From positions 186,001 to 250,000 of the forward strand of contig JBHGNT010000013.1 of assembly GCA_043228905.1 (NCBI GenBank): a DNA stretch of 64,000 nt, written 5' to 3'. The translations under genes and the position numbers were made by a program. This document shows, piece by piece, positions 1 through 11,347 of the stretch. This stretch comes from Azolla caroliniana (taxonomy: Eukaryota > Plantae > Polypodiophyta). The notes under the pieces were generated by a model. That model was not told the origin of the DNA, did not search any database, and saw only the letters and a program-made list of their open reading frames with translations. The stretch's first letter is position 1. The number at the start of each line of letters is the position of its first letter.

Positions 1-866
1 CATGCAGAAAGGCATTTTTGACATCTAATTGCTCAACTTCTAAATCCATGCTGGTTGCTATGCTCAACTTCATCCGTATTGACGTCATCTTTACTACTTG
101 GGAAAATATTTCGTTGAAATCCACACCCTTCTTCTACTGAAAGCCTTTCACCACAATTTGGGCTTTGTATCTAGGTGAATTCCCGCCATCTCCCACCTTC
201 AATTTGTATACCCACTTGTTCCGGAGTGCCTTCTTTCCTTTCGGCAGCTTGGTCAGTTCATAGGTGTAGTTTTCATGCAAGGAATCCATCTCATCTTGCA
301 TGGCATGCAACCACTCTCGTTTGTGGGTATAGCTCTTATCTTCCTCGAAGCTTTCTGGCTCCCCCTCATTGGTTAACAATACATATTCTCTATCCGGAAA
401 TCTCTGGAGGACCCTTCTTTCTCTTAGAGGGTATCTTCTGCCTTCGTTCGACGTAGTCGGGTCTTATTTGATTTCTTCAGTTGGCTCTTCATCCAAATTA
501 GATTCGGATCCTCATTCGGCCAATTGTCTTCTTCCGACTGATTCCCCTTGTTCCTTAGTCGGCTCTTGACTTTGCTGATTATCTACTCGGCCAAGTGGTT
601 TGTATCTGACTTTGGTCGGATCGATTGATGTTCGATTCGGCCCATCATCAACTCGGCTCGACTCGATAACTGAAGGCCTATTCTCGGTCGATTGGGAAGT
701 TGATTCTGTCTTCTCCATCACCTAGTTGGGAATCGTCTTTTCTTCCATGAAGACAATATCTCGGCTCCTAATCACCGTTTTGTTGACTAGGTCCCATAGT
801 CGATAGCCGAATTCATCTTCATTGTAGCCGAGAAATAGACACGGTCAGATCTTGGGATCAAGTTTC
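1..866 (-). pseudogene. Ty1/copia element A, degenerate integrase C-terminus to RT start (continues at 5354-5835 after insertion B)
   Basis: Minus-strand translation gives EPESFEE, WLHAMQDEMDSL, NKWVYKLK, RYKAQIVVKGFQ (copia RT start), with stops and frameshifts. Confidence 0.9.
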
Positions 867-1416
867 TGTTGAGAATCGATTCGTAAAACACCAAGATCAA
901 ACGATACTGAAAATACACAACACAACCACATAACGACGTAGTACAAAAATATTTACGTGGAAACCTAAAAACAGGAGAAAACCACGAGAGAGGAAAACTT
1001 TCACTATACAGAGGATGTCGAGGATAGAGATTACAACACTCTGATTATGAGTGTATCAAACCACACAAGGTTCTTGGCGTCTGCCATTACGCACACAGCT
1101 ATGGCGCCTCTCTCTCTCTCTCTCTTTGCACTCCTCACGCTATTAAACATGACACTTTCGTCTGTTTTTGCCCTAGATGTATATCATCGTATATATTATT
1201 TACAATTGTAGCCACTACTACATATCATTGATTATTATGATTACTATAATAATAATAATAATAATAATCTATTCAAAAACATTGACTCTTCGTGTCGACT
1301 CTTCGACTATCAGCTATCGGTGTTTGGCTACTTCTGAAGAGTCGGTTCCTCCAGTGTCGGGTGTCGGCTATTTCTGAACAATTGGTTCCTCCCACTAGAG
1401 GGACATATTCCCAACA
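867..1416 (-). repeat. 3' LTR of element B
   Basis: tgttgag...cccaaca, adjacent to PPT; contains (CT)n and (AAT)n tracts. Confidence 0.93.
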
Positions 1417-1791
1417 AACTCCCCCTTCACTCTTGTGGGAGGGTGTCAGTCAGTCCTGTCTTCTGTCGACAGTCTTTAAGTCTGTCCATAGGTAGGTTCT
1501 TCGTGAGCATGTCAGATCCATTGTTATCTGTGTGGAACTTCACAAGTGTGAACTCTCCTTCTTCGACCTTCTCTCGCAACTAGTGATACCTTCTCTGTAT
1601 GTGCTTGGTTCAGGAGTGATATGCAACATTCTTGGCAAGATGTATGGCACTTTGGCTATCACAGTGAAGCAAGAAATCCCTCTGGTTCATCCCTAGCTCG
1701 TTGAGAAAATTTCTCATCTAGATCAGCTCTTTGCCGGCCTCTACCGCTGCCATATACTTTGCCTCTGTAGTCGACAAGGCTACAGACTTCT

Positions 1792-4476
1792 TGTTGAGAT
1801 ACAAGCTCAACATTGGCCGGATTGGCTGTGCAAGCCGAGAACCGGATTGGTTGGGATTGATCGGTTAGGCCGGACCAGTGCGCAATGAGAAGCCGTAACG
1901 GTGCGTAAACCGCGAGGCCGTTGGAAAGATATTCCGCGCAGGAATATATTTTGGGAGTTAGTGTAGAGCTCATTTATGAGCATTGAAGTACATATCAGTA
2001 CTTTTGTCAGTCCGTATGGACTTGTATAAAAGTGCTCACTGACCACATCCTATGTACAGATTGAGTATTATTTTGAATTGAATTTCTGAATGTCTTCTCT
2101 CTCTCTCTCTCTCTCTCTTTGTTTCTCTCGCGTACTGTGTATATTCAAGCTCTCCATTAAACCTGCGTATTTTCTGTGTTCTATTTTCTAGTTGCTTCTG
2201 CACACTATTCTTTACATGGTATCAAAGCGCGAGGGTTGAGAACCTCTGCAGCCAACATAGCTTGAAAAGAAAACCAACCAAGAAGAACAGGTAAAACCGA
2301 TGGATAGAGGCATGGCTAGCTCGCTTCTGACGGAGAAGCTCGACAGAAACAACTACGTGTCTTGGTCCTACAAGATGCACCAGTACCTGCTCGGGCATGG
2401 TTACTGGAGCTATGTCGACGGAGCAAATGACACATCACCCGAATTGACACACAGAGATTTCCCGGCGTGGGAATAGTTGGCTAGCAGAGTAATGTAATGC
2501 TTCGCGTCTTGTGTGGGCAAACAACTCCTAAGCTACATTCGGGATGCAAAAACACCGAAAGATGTTGGGGGAAATCTGAAGAAGATTTTTGCCGCAAGCA
2601 CTATAGCTAGGAAGCTTGATCTCCGACAGGAGTTGAGCAACCTACGACAACATGACTTGTTGGTGGTTGATTACACCTCGAAGATCAAAGAGATATGCAA
2701 CTCTTTAGCCTCTATTGATGTGAATGTTGAGGAGGGTGAGATGGTGCAGATCTGTCTCGGGGGACTAGCGTCGAAGCTCGGAGCATTCTGAACTGCTGTG
2801 TGTACACGGGAGAATAAGACGTCGTTTTTCGACCTACAGTTGATGCTCCTTATAGAGGAGAACCATGCGGGTGCTTCGACGAGCACGCATGCCGACAACA
2901 AGATGATGTACATGAAGGGAGATAGGCCTCGTGGTCGTGACGGACGAGGTGAGTCGGTATGCAATGGAGGCGGCCGACGAGATCAAGGAAGAAGGCACCG
3001 AAGTGATGCCGACAACAATTCCGGACCTTCCGGAAACAGGGGGGGTCGAGGTGACGAGAACCAGCATGGGAAATCCGTCGCAGAATGCTGGTACTGTGGT
3101 AAGAAAGGCCAAAAGGAGAGCGAGTGCTGGAAGAAGCGCGCCGATTTGGAGAGATCCGGATCCGGATCAGGTTCCAAACAAACTGACAAGGGTAATCGGC
3201 AACGATCGCACTATGCCGAAGGATCTGGAAAAGCCAGAAAAGGGTCAGCCTTCGTGACGAGACACGAAGCGAACTCGATGATGAGATCCGGATCTAGATC
3301 AGGTTCCAAACAAACTGACAAGGGTAACCGGCAGCGATCGCACTATGCCGAAGGATCTGGAAAAGCCAAAAAAGGGTTAGCCTTCGTGACAAGACACGAA
3401 GCAAACTCGATGAAGAAGTCCACCCTGAAATCGGACAAGGTGTGGTACGTCGACTCCGGCGCATCAAACCACATGACGTGCCACAAGGAGTGGTTCTCGT
3501 ACCTTGAGAAACCGATGCAACTGGGAGTAGTCGCAACCAGAGACGACACTCCGCATCCGATCGCGAATGTTGGTGAAGTTCCCCTGAGCCATGTCGGGTA
3601 GAAAGGGACACTCATGAACGTGTTACACGTCCCGACAATCACAAAGAATCTAGTGTCGGTCGGGCAGATCGTCGACCAGGGGATGCAGGTTCGGTGTATG
3701 CATCTCGGGTGCTTCATCGAGGAAGAAGTTTGGGTTATTGCGCAAGGGCGTAGAGATGGGAGGATGTTTATCCTTGACTCTAGTGACGGTGGCATTGCAA
3801 TGTTTGCAAAAGGACAAAAATTCGAGTCGGCGATCGACTTATGGCACAAGCGGATAGGCCACATCAACTACCAACGGCTTCAGGACCTGCAATCGAAACA
3901 AGTGGTGTTCAGATTGCCCAAATTTAGTAGCCGGAAGGCACAAATTTGTGAAGCCTGCCAGCTAGGGAAGCAATACTGACTTCCTTTCCCCAACGAGCGT
4001 AACCGGAGCCGGAACAAGCTCGACTTGATACATTCCGATGTTTGTCTTGGCGGGACTCGATATTTTGTCTCCTTCATCGACGACTATACGCGGCACACAT
4101 GGATCTACCTGATTGAGAAGAAGAGTGAAGTCTTTGAATATTTCTGGGACCTCAAGAGTTTCATCGAAAGGGAAACAGGAAGAAAGATCGAGTGCCTGCA
4201 GTCAGATGGCGGAAAAGAGTACTTTTCCGGTCAATTCAACGGGTATCTACAACAGATGGGAACTCGACGCGAATTCAGTTGCAGATATATGTCGGAGAAA
4301 AATGGCGTGACCTAAAGAAAAAATCGGTCGGTTGTGGAAGCGGCGCGGGCAATGCTGGAGGAGAAGAGCTTGCCCAAGTTCTATTGGGCTGAGGTAGTAC
4401 GAACCGCGGTATACATCTAGAATCGGATCGGAGAAAAAGTGTCGGCGCATGAGCTATACTTCGGAACGAAGCCGAG
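1792..4476 (+). mobile_element. Ty1/copia element C: 5' LTR, PBS, gag, protease and integrase; 3' half lost
   Basis: LTR tgttgag..tttaca 1792-2216 followed by PBS tggtatcaaagc 2217-2228; gag KLDRNNYVSWSYKM, zinc knuckle CWYCGKKG, protease WYVDSGAS, GAG-pre-integrase LWHKRIGH, integrase FIDDYTRHTW; several in-frame stops. Confidence 0.9.
3152..3415 (+). repeat. In-frame 132-bp tandem duplication in the gag-protease linker of element C
   Basis: Units start at 3152 and 3284; 44-aa peptide RSGS..KQTDKGNRQRSHYAEGSGKA..AFVTRHEANSM occurs twice. Confidence 0.95.
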
Positions 4477-4812
4477 TGAGATTCTATTGAGTGTGTTCTT
4501 CCTCTCATATAGACTCTACAACTTCTGCCACATCTCGTGTGCATTTGTGTCGTTCGCTACATGTTGCAAGACACTTATGTCGACGTATTGTCGGATGGTG
4601 GCCACCGCCTTTCTGTTAAGAAGTTTCCAATCTGACTCTAATACCCCCTGGGTATATCTACTCTGTTGACTGGCTCGTATAGGTCTTTGACTATGACAAG
4701 GTCCTTCATCTTTATCTTCCAATTGACATAGTTCTGTGAGTTTAGAACTATCATGCCTAGGAAGCCGCTCACACCTCCTTCCATGCTTGCACCTCAAGCT
4801 CTGATACCAGTT

Positions 4813-5348
4813 CGTTGAGAATCGATTCGTAAAACCCTAAGATCAAACTATACTGAAAATACACAACACAGCCACACAACGACGCAGTACACAGATATTT
4901 ATGTGGAAACCCTAAAACGGGAGAGGAAAACTTTCACTATACAATGGATGTCGAGGATAGAGATTACAACACTCTGATTATGAGTGTATCAAACCACACA
5001 AGGTTCTTGGCGTCTGCCATTACACACACAGCTATGGCGCCTCTCTCTCTCTCTCTCTCTTTGCACTCCTCACGCTATTAAACATGACACTTTCGTCTGT
5101 TTTTGCCCTAGATGTATATCATCGTATATATTATTTACAATTTTAGCCACTACTACATATCATTGATTATTATGATTACTATAATAATAATAATAATAAT
5201 CTGTTCAAAACAATCGACTCTCTGTGTCGACTCTTCGACTATCGGCTACCGGTTTTCGGCTACTTCTGAATAGTCGGTTCCTCCAGTGTCGATTGTTAGC
5301 TACTTCCGAACAATTAGTTCCTCCCACTGGAGGGACATATTCCCAACA
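4813..5348 (-). repeat. 5' LTR of element B
   Basis: Matches 867-1416; first base T>C; lies next to the PBS. Confidence 0.93.
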
Positions 5349-5353
5349 GTTTC

Positions 5354-5835
5354 CCCCTCTAGTTCTTAGCTATATGCACATAGGTTAGGCAGACGAACAA
5401 CCTCAAATGCTTGTATGACACGTCTTTGCAGGACCATACCCTTTGTGTTATGTCACCTTCTAGTGGAATAGAGGGAGACTTGTTTATAATGTAAACAATT
5501 GTCATCAATGCCTCAACCTAGTATATCTTCGGCAATGTCGCATGTGCTAGCATACATCAAACTCTTTCTGCAATAGTCTGGTTCATTCTCTCGGCTAGCC
5601 CATTCAACTTTGGCATCTTCGGCACAGTATATTCAAGCCGGATTGCCTTCGACAGACAGTACTCCTCAAACTGCTTGTGGTATTCTCCTCTGCTGTCCAT
5701 CCGTACCGCCTTCAACTTCCGACCGGTTTCTCTCTTGGCTCTTGCCTAGAACTCCTTGAAAACTCTCAGTACTTGATCCTTTGACTTTAGTATGTTAGTC
5801 CAAAACTTATGACTATAATCATCTATGAAGGTTAC
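5354..5835 (-). pseudogene. Copia element A integrase core (continuation after insertion B)
   Basis: Minus strand encodes VTFIDDYS...GLAERMN...VFVCLTYVH with stops; continuous with 1-866 across the TSD. Confidence 0.88.
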
Positions 5836-6319
5836 TGTTGCGAATCGACCGGCCACAACCGGTTATCACATATTTGTATGTAGCGTAGATCACTTGATGA
5901 CAATCGAACACAGAAGAAATGGGAATGGAGGTAAGTACACGAACAGATAGAGAATACACAGGATGTTAATGTGGAAAACCCCTCGAGAGGGAAAAACCAC
6001 GGGAGTCCACAGACTCCAAACTATCACTATGCCAATGAGTACAACAGGGAGCACAGACGCAACGACCTCCTGCTCACGATCTTCGCCTGGCGGCGATTAC
6101 AATAGAGACATACTCTGTATCTCTCTCTCTCTCTCTCTCTCTCTATGTACAGTCGTTACACCTGATCACACTATATGAAGATAATAACAACAACTATTAG
6201 GAATAAAAATCCTTAACATTGTTTGCCCTAGGTCACATTTATACTAATATGACATTAGGACTATTTACAGATATAGCCCCAATGGGATCTCAGAAACATA
6301 TCTACATATATGTCCCTTC

Positions 6320-6540
6320 ATCCGGCGAGAGGTTCTCACCGGGCCTGCGACATCCGGTTCTCACCGGGTCTTCCTTGCCGGGTACTCGTCATCCGGTTCT
6401 CACCGGGTCTGCATCATCCGTTGCCAGGTACTCCACATCCGGTTCTCACCAGGTCTGCATCATCTGTTGCCAGGTACTCCACATCCGGTTCTCACCGGGT
6501 CTACATCATCCATTGCCGGGTACTCCATATCCCATCCGGA
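6320..6540. repeat. Tandem ~46-bp CCGG-rich repeats in U3 of the element D LTR (also ~16455-16650)
   Basis: Unit catccggttctcaccgggtctgcatcatccgttgccaggtactcca repeated, plus shorter variants. Confidence 0.9.
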
Positions 6541-6582
6541 GGAACCGAGATCCTAACAAACTCCCCCTTCACTCCGGCATGG

Positions 6583-7232
6583 TGTTGAAGGCAATGGTCG
6601 GCCACAACTGAGAAATAGGATTAACTCACAGAAAACAGGAAATACAAAATGCACGAAGTCAATGGAGAGAAGAGTACACTGGATGTTTTACGTGGAAAAC
6701 CCTAAATGGGAAAAAACCACGGGAGTCCTCAAACTCCAACTATCACTACAAACAGAGATGTACAATGGTGAAGCTACAAGGCAACAACCTTGAGCTCACT
6801 GTCTTCGCCACAGGCGACGGTAATACACAGAGGCAACGACCTCTTCGTCTCTCTCTCTCTCTCTCTCTCTCTCTGCTGCTCACTTAGCTCCCTCTAAGTG
6901 GAAAACCAGAAAATGAGTAACAACTTACAGCAACACTAAACAGTTTGCCCTAAGTCATATTTATACACATATGACTTTCGGGCTATTTACAAATATAGCC
7001 TCAAAGGGCTCTTGAAAACATATTCACAAATATGTCCCCGCATCCGGATCTCTATCCGGGCACATTCGTCATCCGGCTCCGTAGCCGGGGTCTTCATCAT
7101 CCGGCTCCGTAGCCGGGGTCTTCATCATCCGGATCCGGAACTGGGTCTTCATCATCCGGCTCTGGAACCGGGTCTTCATTCCCGATTCCCGGACATCCGA
7201 CCATCCCATCCGGAGGGACCGTAATCCCAACA
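6583..7232 (-). repeat. 3' LTR of element E (650 bp)
   Basis: tgttgaag..cccaaca; one extra ~26-bp U3 repeat unit and a longer (CT)n tract than the 5' LTR. Confidence 0.96.
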
Positions 7233-7242
7233 AACTCCCCCT

Positions 7243-10200
7243 TCACTTCGGCATGGGATGTCTCTCCAATCCGATCCTCTTCCGACACGCTTCCAGCTTG
7301 TCGGGTGTGAGCACTTTGGTCAGCATATCTGACCCGTTCTCGTCCGTGTGGATCTTCGTCAGCACGAACTCCTGGTCTTCTATCCTTTCCCGGATCCAGT
7401 GATATCTTCGCTGGATGTGCTTCGTCCGGGAGTGATAGGCCGCGTTCTTCGCAAGGTGGATGGCACTCTGACTGTCGCAGTAGAGTCGGTACTCCTCCTG
7501 CCGGATACCGAGCTCTCTAATGAAGTCCTTCATCCATATCATTTCCTTGCCGGCTTCAACAGCCGCCATGTACTCCGCCTCCGTGGTTGACAATGCAACC
7601 GTCTTCTGCAGCCTCGACTGCCACGAAACAGCTCCACCTGCATACGTCATCACATACCCTGATGTGGACCGGCTGGTATCTGCATCAGCCGACATATCCG
7701 AATCGGTAAAGCCGTCGAGTTCGGACTTACCGGAGCCGAATCGGAGGCATACGTTTGCCGTGCCCTTCAGGTATCGGAGTATCCACTTGGCCGCGTTCCA
7801 GTGCTCTTTGCCGGGATTGCTCATGTACCGGCTCACCACTCCGACTGCATATCCTATGTCCGGTCTTGTACACACCATCGCGTACATCAAGCTTCCGACG
7901 GCAGAGGCATATGGTACATTCATCATGTCCTCCTTCTCAGCCTTTGTCTTGGGGCTTTGCTTGCTGGACAACTTGCAGTTTGCCGGGAGGGGTGACCCGA
8001 CCGGTCTTGCTTCCGACATGTTGAACCGGTGAAGCACCTTTGTCACGTACTTCTCCTGTGACAGCCACAACTGCTTCTTCTTCCGGTCCCGGATGATGTG
8101 CATCCCTAATATTTGCCTTGCCGGACCCAGGTCCTTCATTGAGAAGGTTCGGTGAAGCGCTTTCTTCAGCATCCGTGTCTTGACCTGGTCCCGTCCGACT
8201 ATCAACATGTCGTCCACGTACAGGAGGAGTATTAGAAAGTCTCCTCCTTCGAACTTCTTCACAAACACGCAGTGATCGGATTGCGTTTTGTGGTACCCTT
8301 CGTCGGTCATGAAAGAGTCGAACTTCCGGTACCATTGCCGGGGAGCCTGCTTCAGTCCGTAAAGGCTCTTCTTCAACCGGCATACCAGGTGCTCCTTCCC
8401 TTTCTTCTCGAATCCTTCCGGTTGCTGCATGTAGATCTCTTCTTCGAGGTCACCGTGAAGGAATGCCGTCTTCACGTCCATCTGTTCTACCTCGAGGTCC
8501 ATGCTTGCCGCTATGCTCAGCACCGTCCGGATGGAGGTCATCTTCACTACCGGGGTAAATATCTCGTCGAAGTCGACGCCCTTCTTCTGCTGGAACCCCT
8601 TCACCACGATCCTGGCTTTGTATCTCGGGGGGTTGCCGGCATCTCCCGGTTTCAGCTTGAACACCCACTTGTTTCGAAGTGCCCATTTTCCTTTCGGCAA
8701 CTCCACAAGTTTATATGTGTGGTTCTCATGCAGGGAATCCATCTCCTCCTGCATGGCACTTAACCACCTGCGGCTATGGGTGTCAAGCTTTGCTTCTTCA
8801 AAACTCTCCGGCTCCCCCTCGTCGGTTAGCAACACGTGCTCTGGTTCCGGAAATCTCCGGGGGGCCCTTCTCTCTCTTAGAGGATATCTCCGTTCCGGAG
8901 CTTCGGTAACCGGCTCCTCCGTTTCCTCTTCATCCGAATCCATTCCGGGATCGGGGCCGGTTCCGGTATCAGTTTCATCTTCCTCGGCCGGTTCTGTTTC
9001 TTCACCGTCTTCGGCCGGATCCTCGAGTGCTAACCGGTCCCTTGCCGGTCGGGACTGCTCCTCGTAGAGTTGATCCTCACCGGTCGACTTGGAGCTCTTC
9101 ATCTTCTTCTTCGACTCCCAGTCGGCGAGTGTCTTGTCCTCCATGAAGATGATATCTCGACTCCTGAATATCTTCTTGTCGACCGGGTCCCATACTCGGT
9201 AGCCGAACTCGTCGTCGCCGTAACCGAGGAATATGCATGGCCGGGTCTTTGGATCTAACTTTCCTCTCCGGTCCTTTGCCACATGCACGTATGCGAGACA
9301 CCTGAACACCTTCAAATGCCGGTAGGACACTTCCTTACCGGTCCACACTCTCTGTGGCGTGTCTCCATCCAGGGGTACTGAGGGTGATCTATTTATCACA
9401 TATGTCGCCGTCGACATTGCCTCAGCCCAAAATCCCTTGGGTAATTTCGCATGTGCTAGCATACTCCGGACCCTCTCCATTATCGTCCGGTTCATCCTCT
9501 CGGCCAGCCCGTTCAGTTCCGACGTCTTCGGCACAGTAAACTCGAGCCGGATTCCCATCGAACGGCAATACTCCTCAAATTGCCCTCGGTATTCTCCTTC
9601 ATTATCCGCTCGTAGTGCTTTCAGCTTCTTGCCGGATTCTCTTTCCACTCTCGCGTGGAGTTCTTTGAAGACGGACAATACTTGGTCCTTTGTCTTCAAC
9701 GGTGCCGTCCACAGCTTCCGGCTATGGTCATCTATGAATGTTACGAAGTACTGGGCTCCGCCATGTGACTTCGTTTCTACCTGACACACATCAGTGTGTA
9801 CCAACTCCAATGGTACACTACGTCTCATCGGTGGTCTTGAGCGGAAGGAGGTCCGGTTTTGCTTACCGGCCAGACAGTCGGTACACTTCCCCAGGTGTAC
9901 GTGCTTTACTGGAATCAGGTTGTCTTCGGCAAGCCTCTTCATCCCCTTCTCGCTCATGTGGCCCAGTCTCTTGTGCCACAGCTCACCGGCAGTGTCAGCT
10001 GCCACGTTCAGCTCCTCAGGACATAGCCGGGAATTCATCAGGTACAGTGTGTTGACCTTCCGGGCCCGAGCCACTATCAGGCTCCCTTTGCTGAACTTCA
10101 TGACACCGTTCCGGATGCTACCCGTGTAGCCTTCATCGTCTAGCCTCCCGGCCGAAATCAGGTTCAATCGAACCTCCGGAACGTGTCGGACATCCTTCAG

Positions 10201-11316
10201 CAGCATCTTGCATCCGGTTGATGTCATCAGCCACACGTCTCCTATGCCGGCAATCCGGCATGTACCTTCATTTCCCATCCGGACACAACCGTGCTCACCG
10301 GCTGTGTAGGATGAGAAGTATTTCTTCTCCGGGGTCAGGTGGAACGACGCTCCGGAATCGACCACCCAGGTCATCTCTTCACCGGCAAGGTTCAGCTCCC
10401 TCTCTTCGGTAATGAGCATTATCTCTTCTTCACTTGCCGCGAGTGCCGTCGTTCCTTTCCGGTCCTGCCCTCGCCGATCCGGACCTCTCCGGTCCGTGGC
10501 TCCCCGGTATGCACCGTTTCGCTCCGGTGACTTCTTCGAATCGGTACCGTCGGTTCCGTTGTCTTTCCGGAAATGCCGACAGTTCTTCTGGAAGTGCCCC
10601 GGCTTCCCACAGTAGAAGCATGTAGGTCTTCCCCTCGACTGCGACCGTGTCCCCGACTTCTCCCGTCTTTGCGGACTCCGGTTCCGTTGTCTTCCCCGTT
10701 TCGATTCGGTAAGCAGCGCCTTCGAGTCGGCGGCCGGTTCTTTATCTCTCCGACGCGCTTCTTCGTTCAAAATACTTGCCTTTACCGTTTGTAGGGACAA
10801 GTTATCTTCGGTGCAGGAGGTGCTGAGAGTCACCACCAAGTTCTCCCAGCCTTCCGGCAATGTACACATCAGGATGATGGCTTGCATTGCATCCTCCAAC
10901 GGGAACTTGATCGCCGCAAGCTGGTTCACGAATCCCATGAACGTGCTTACGTGTTCCACCATACTCTCGCCGTCCCGGTACTTGAGGTTCACTATCTTCC
11001 TCATCAGGGAGGTCCGGTTCAACGCATTCTTCCTCTCGTAGAGGCCCGACAGCTTCCGCCACATCTCATATGCGTTGGTGTCGTTCACCACATGTTGTAG
11101 AACGCTCACGTCGACGTATTGCCGAATGGTTGCAACGGCTTTCCGGTTCAGAAGCCTCCATTCCGTCTCAAGTACCCCCTTGGGTATTTCCGACCTGTCG
11201 ATCGGTTCATACAGGTCCCGAACAATGAGCAGATCCTCCATCTTTATCTTCCAGTCGGCGTAGTTCTGCGCATTCAGCACCATCATCCCCGTCTGCCCGC
11301 TGCTGCCGCCTTCCAT
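7243..11316 (-). CDS. Copia gag-pol polyprotein (gag, CCHC knuckle, protease, integrase, RT, RNase H), 1357 aa from the first ATG after the PBS
   Basis: Open ORF with CFYCGKPGHFQKNC, WVVDSGASFH, LWHKRLGH/CTDC, HTD..RAD..NGLAERMN, LLLYVDDML, GFTDSD, HSRTKHIQRRYH; copia domain order PR-INT-RT-RH. Confidence 0.97.
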   Translation of the reverse strand: MEGGSSGQTGMMVLNAQNYADWKIKMEDLLIVRDLYEPIDRSEIPKGVLETEWRLLNRKAVATIRQYVDVSVLQHVVNDTNAYEMWRKLSGLYERKNALNRTSLMRKIVNLKYRDGESMVEHVSTFMGFVNQLAAIKFPLEDAMQAIILMCTLPEGWENLVVTLSTSCTEDNLSLQTVKASILNEEARRRDKEPAADSKALLTESKRGRQRNRSPQRREKSGTRSQSRGRPTCFYCGKPGHFQKNCRHFRKDNGTDGTDSKKSPERNGAYRGATDRRGPDRRGQDRKGTTALAASEEEIMLITEERELNLAGEEMTWVVDSGASFHLTPEKKYFSSYTAGEHGCVRMGNEGTCRIAGIGDVWLMTSTGCKMLLKDVRHVPEVRLNLISAGRLDDEGYTGSIRNGVMKFSKGSLIVARARKVNTLYLMNSRLCPEELNVAADTAGELWHKRLGHMSEKGMKRLAEDNLIPVKHVHLGKCTDCLAGKQNRTSFRSRPPMRRSVPLELVHTDVCQVETKSHGGAQYFVTFIDDHSRKLWTAPLKTKDQVLSVFKELHARVERESGKKLKALRADNEGEYRGQFEEYCRSMGIRLEFTVPKTSELNGLAERMNRTIMERVRSMLAHAKLPKGFWAEAMSTATYVINRSPSVPLDGDTPQRVWTGKEVSYRHLKVFRCLAYVHVAKDRRGKLDPKTRPCIFLGYGDDEFGYRVWDPVDKKIFRSRDIIFMEDKTLADWESKKKMKSSKSTGEDQLYEEQSRPARDRLALEDPAEDGEETEPAEEDETDTGTGPDPGMDSDEEETEEPVTEAPERRYPLRERRAPRRFPEPEHVLLTDEGEPESFEEAKLDTHSRRWLSAMQEEMDSLHENHTYKLVELPKGKWALRNKWVFKLKPGDAGNPPRYKARIVVKGFQQKKGVDFDEIFTPVVKMTSIRTVLSIAASMDLEVEQMDVKTAFLHGDLEEEIYMQQPEGFEKKGKEHLVCRLKKSLYGLKQAPRQWYRKFDSFMTDEGYHKTQSDHCVFVKKFEGGDFLILLLYVDDMLIVGRDQVKTRMLKKALHRTFSMKDLGPARQILGMHIIRDRKKKQLWLSQEKYVTKVLHRFNMSEARPVGSPLPANCKLSSKQSPKTKAEKEDMMNVPYASAVGSLMYAMVCTRPDIGYAVGVVSRYMSNPGKEHWNAAKWILRYLKGTANVCLRFGSGKSELDGFTDSDMSADADTSRSTSGYVMTYAGGAVSWQSRLQKTVALSTTEAEYMAAVEAGKEMIWMKDFIRELGIRQEEYRLYCDSQSAIHLAKNAAYHSRTKHIQRRYHWIRERIEDQEFVLTKIHTDENGSDMLTKVLTPDKLEACRKRIGLERHPMPK

Positions 11317-11347
11317 TTTCTGCACTGCCGTCGCTCTGATACCACTT

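Larger units (their letters stand above)
867..5348 (-). mobile_element. Ty1/copia element B with two LTRs, internally deleted and carrying nested element C
   Basis: TSD GTTTC at 862-866 and 5349-5353; near-identical LTRs 867-1416 and 4813-5348; reverse-complement PPT aactccccctt after 1416; reverse-complement Met-tRNA PBS gctctgatacca at 4798-4809. Confidence 0.95.

Noticed and set aside
7348-11263. Numerous short antisense or alternate-frame ORFs over elements E, D and U
   Set aside because: Shadow ORFs expected from GC-rich coding DNA; no recognisable domains; their recurrence only reflects copies of the same element.
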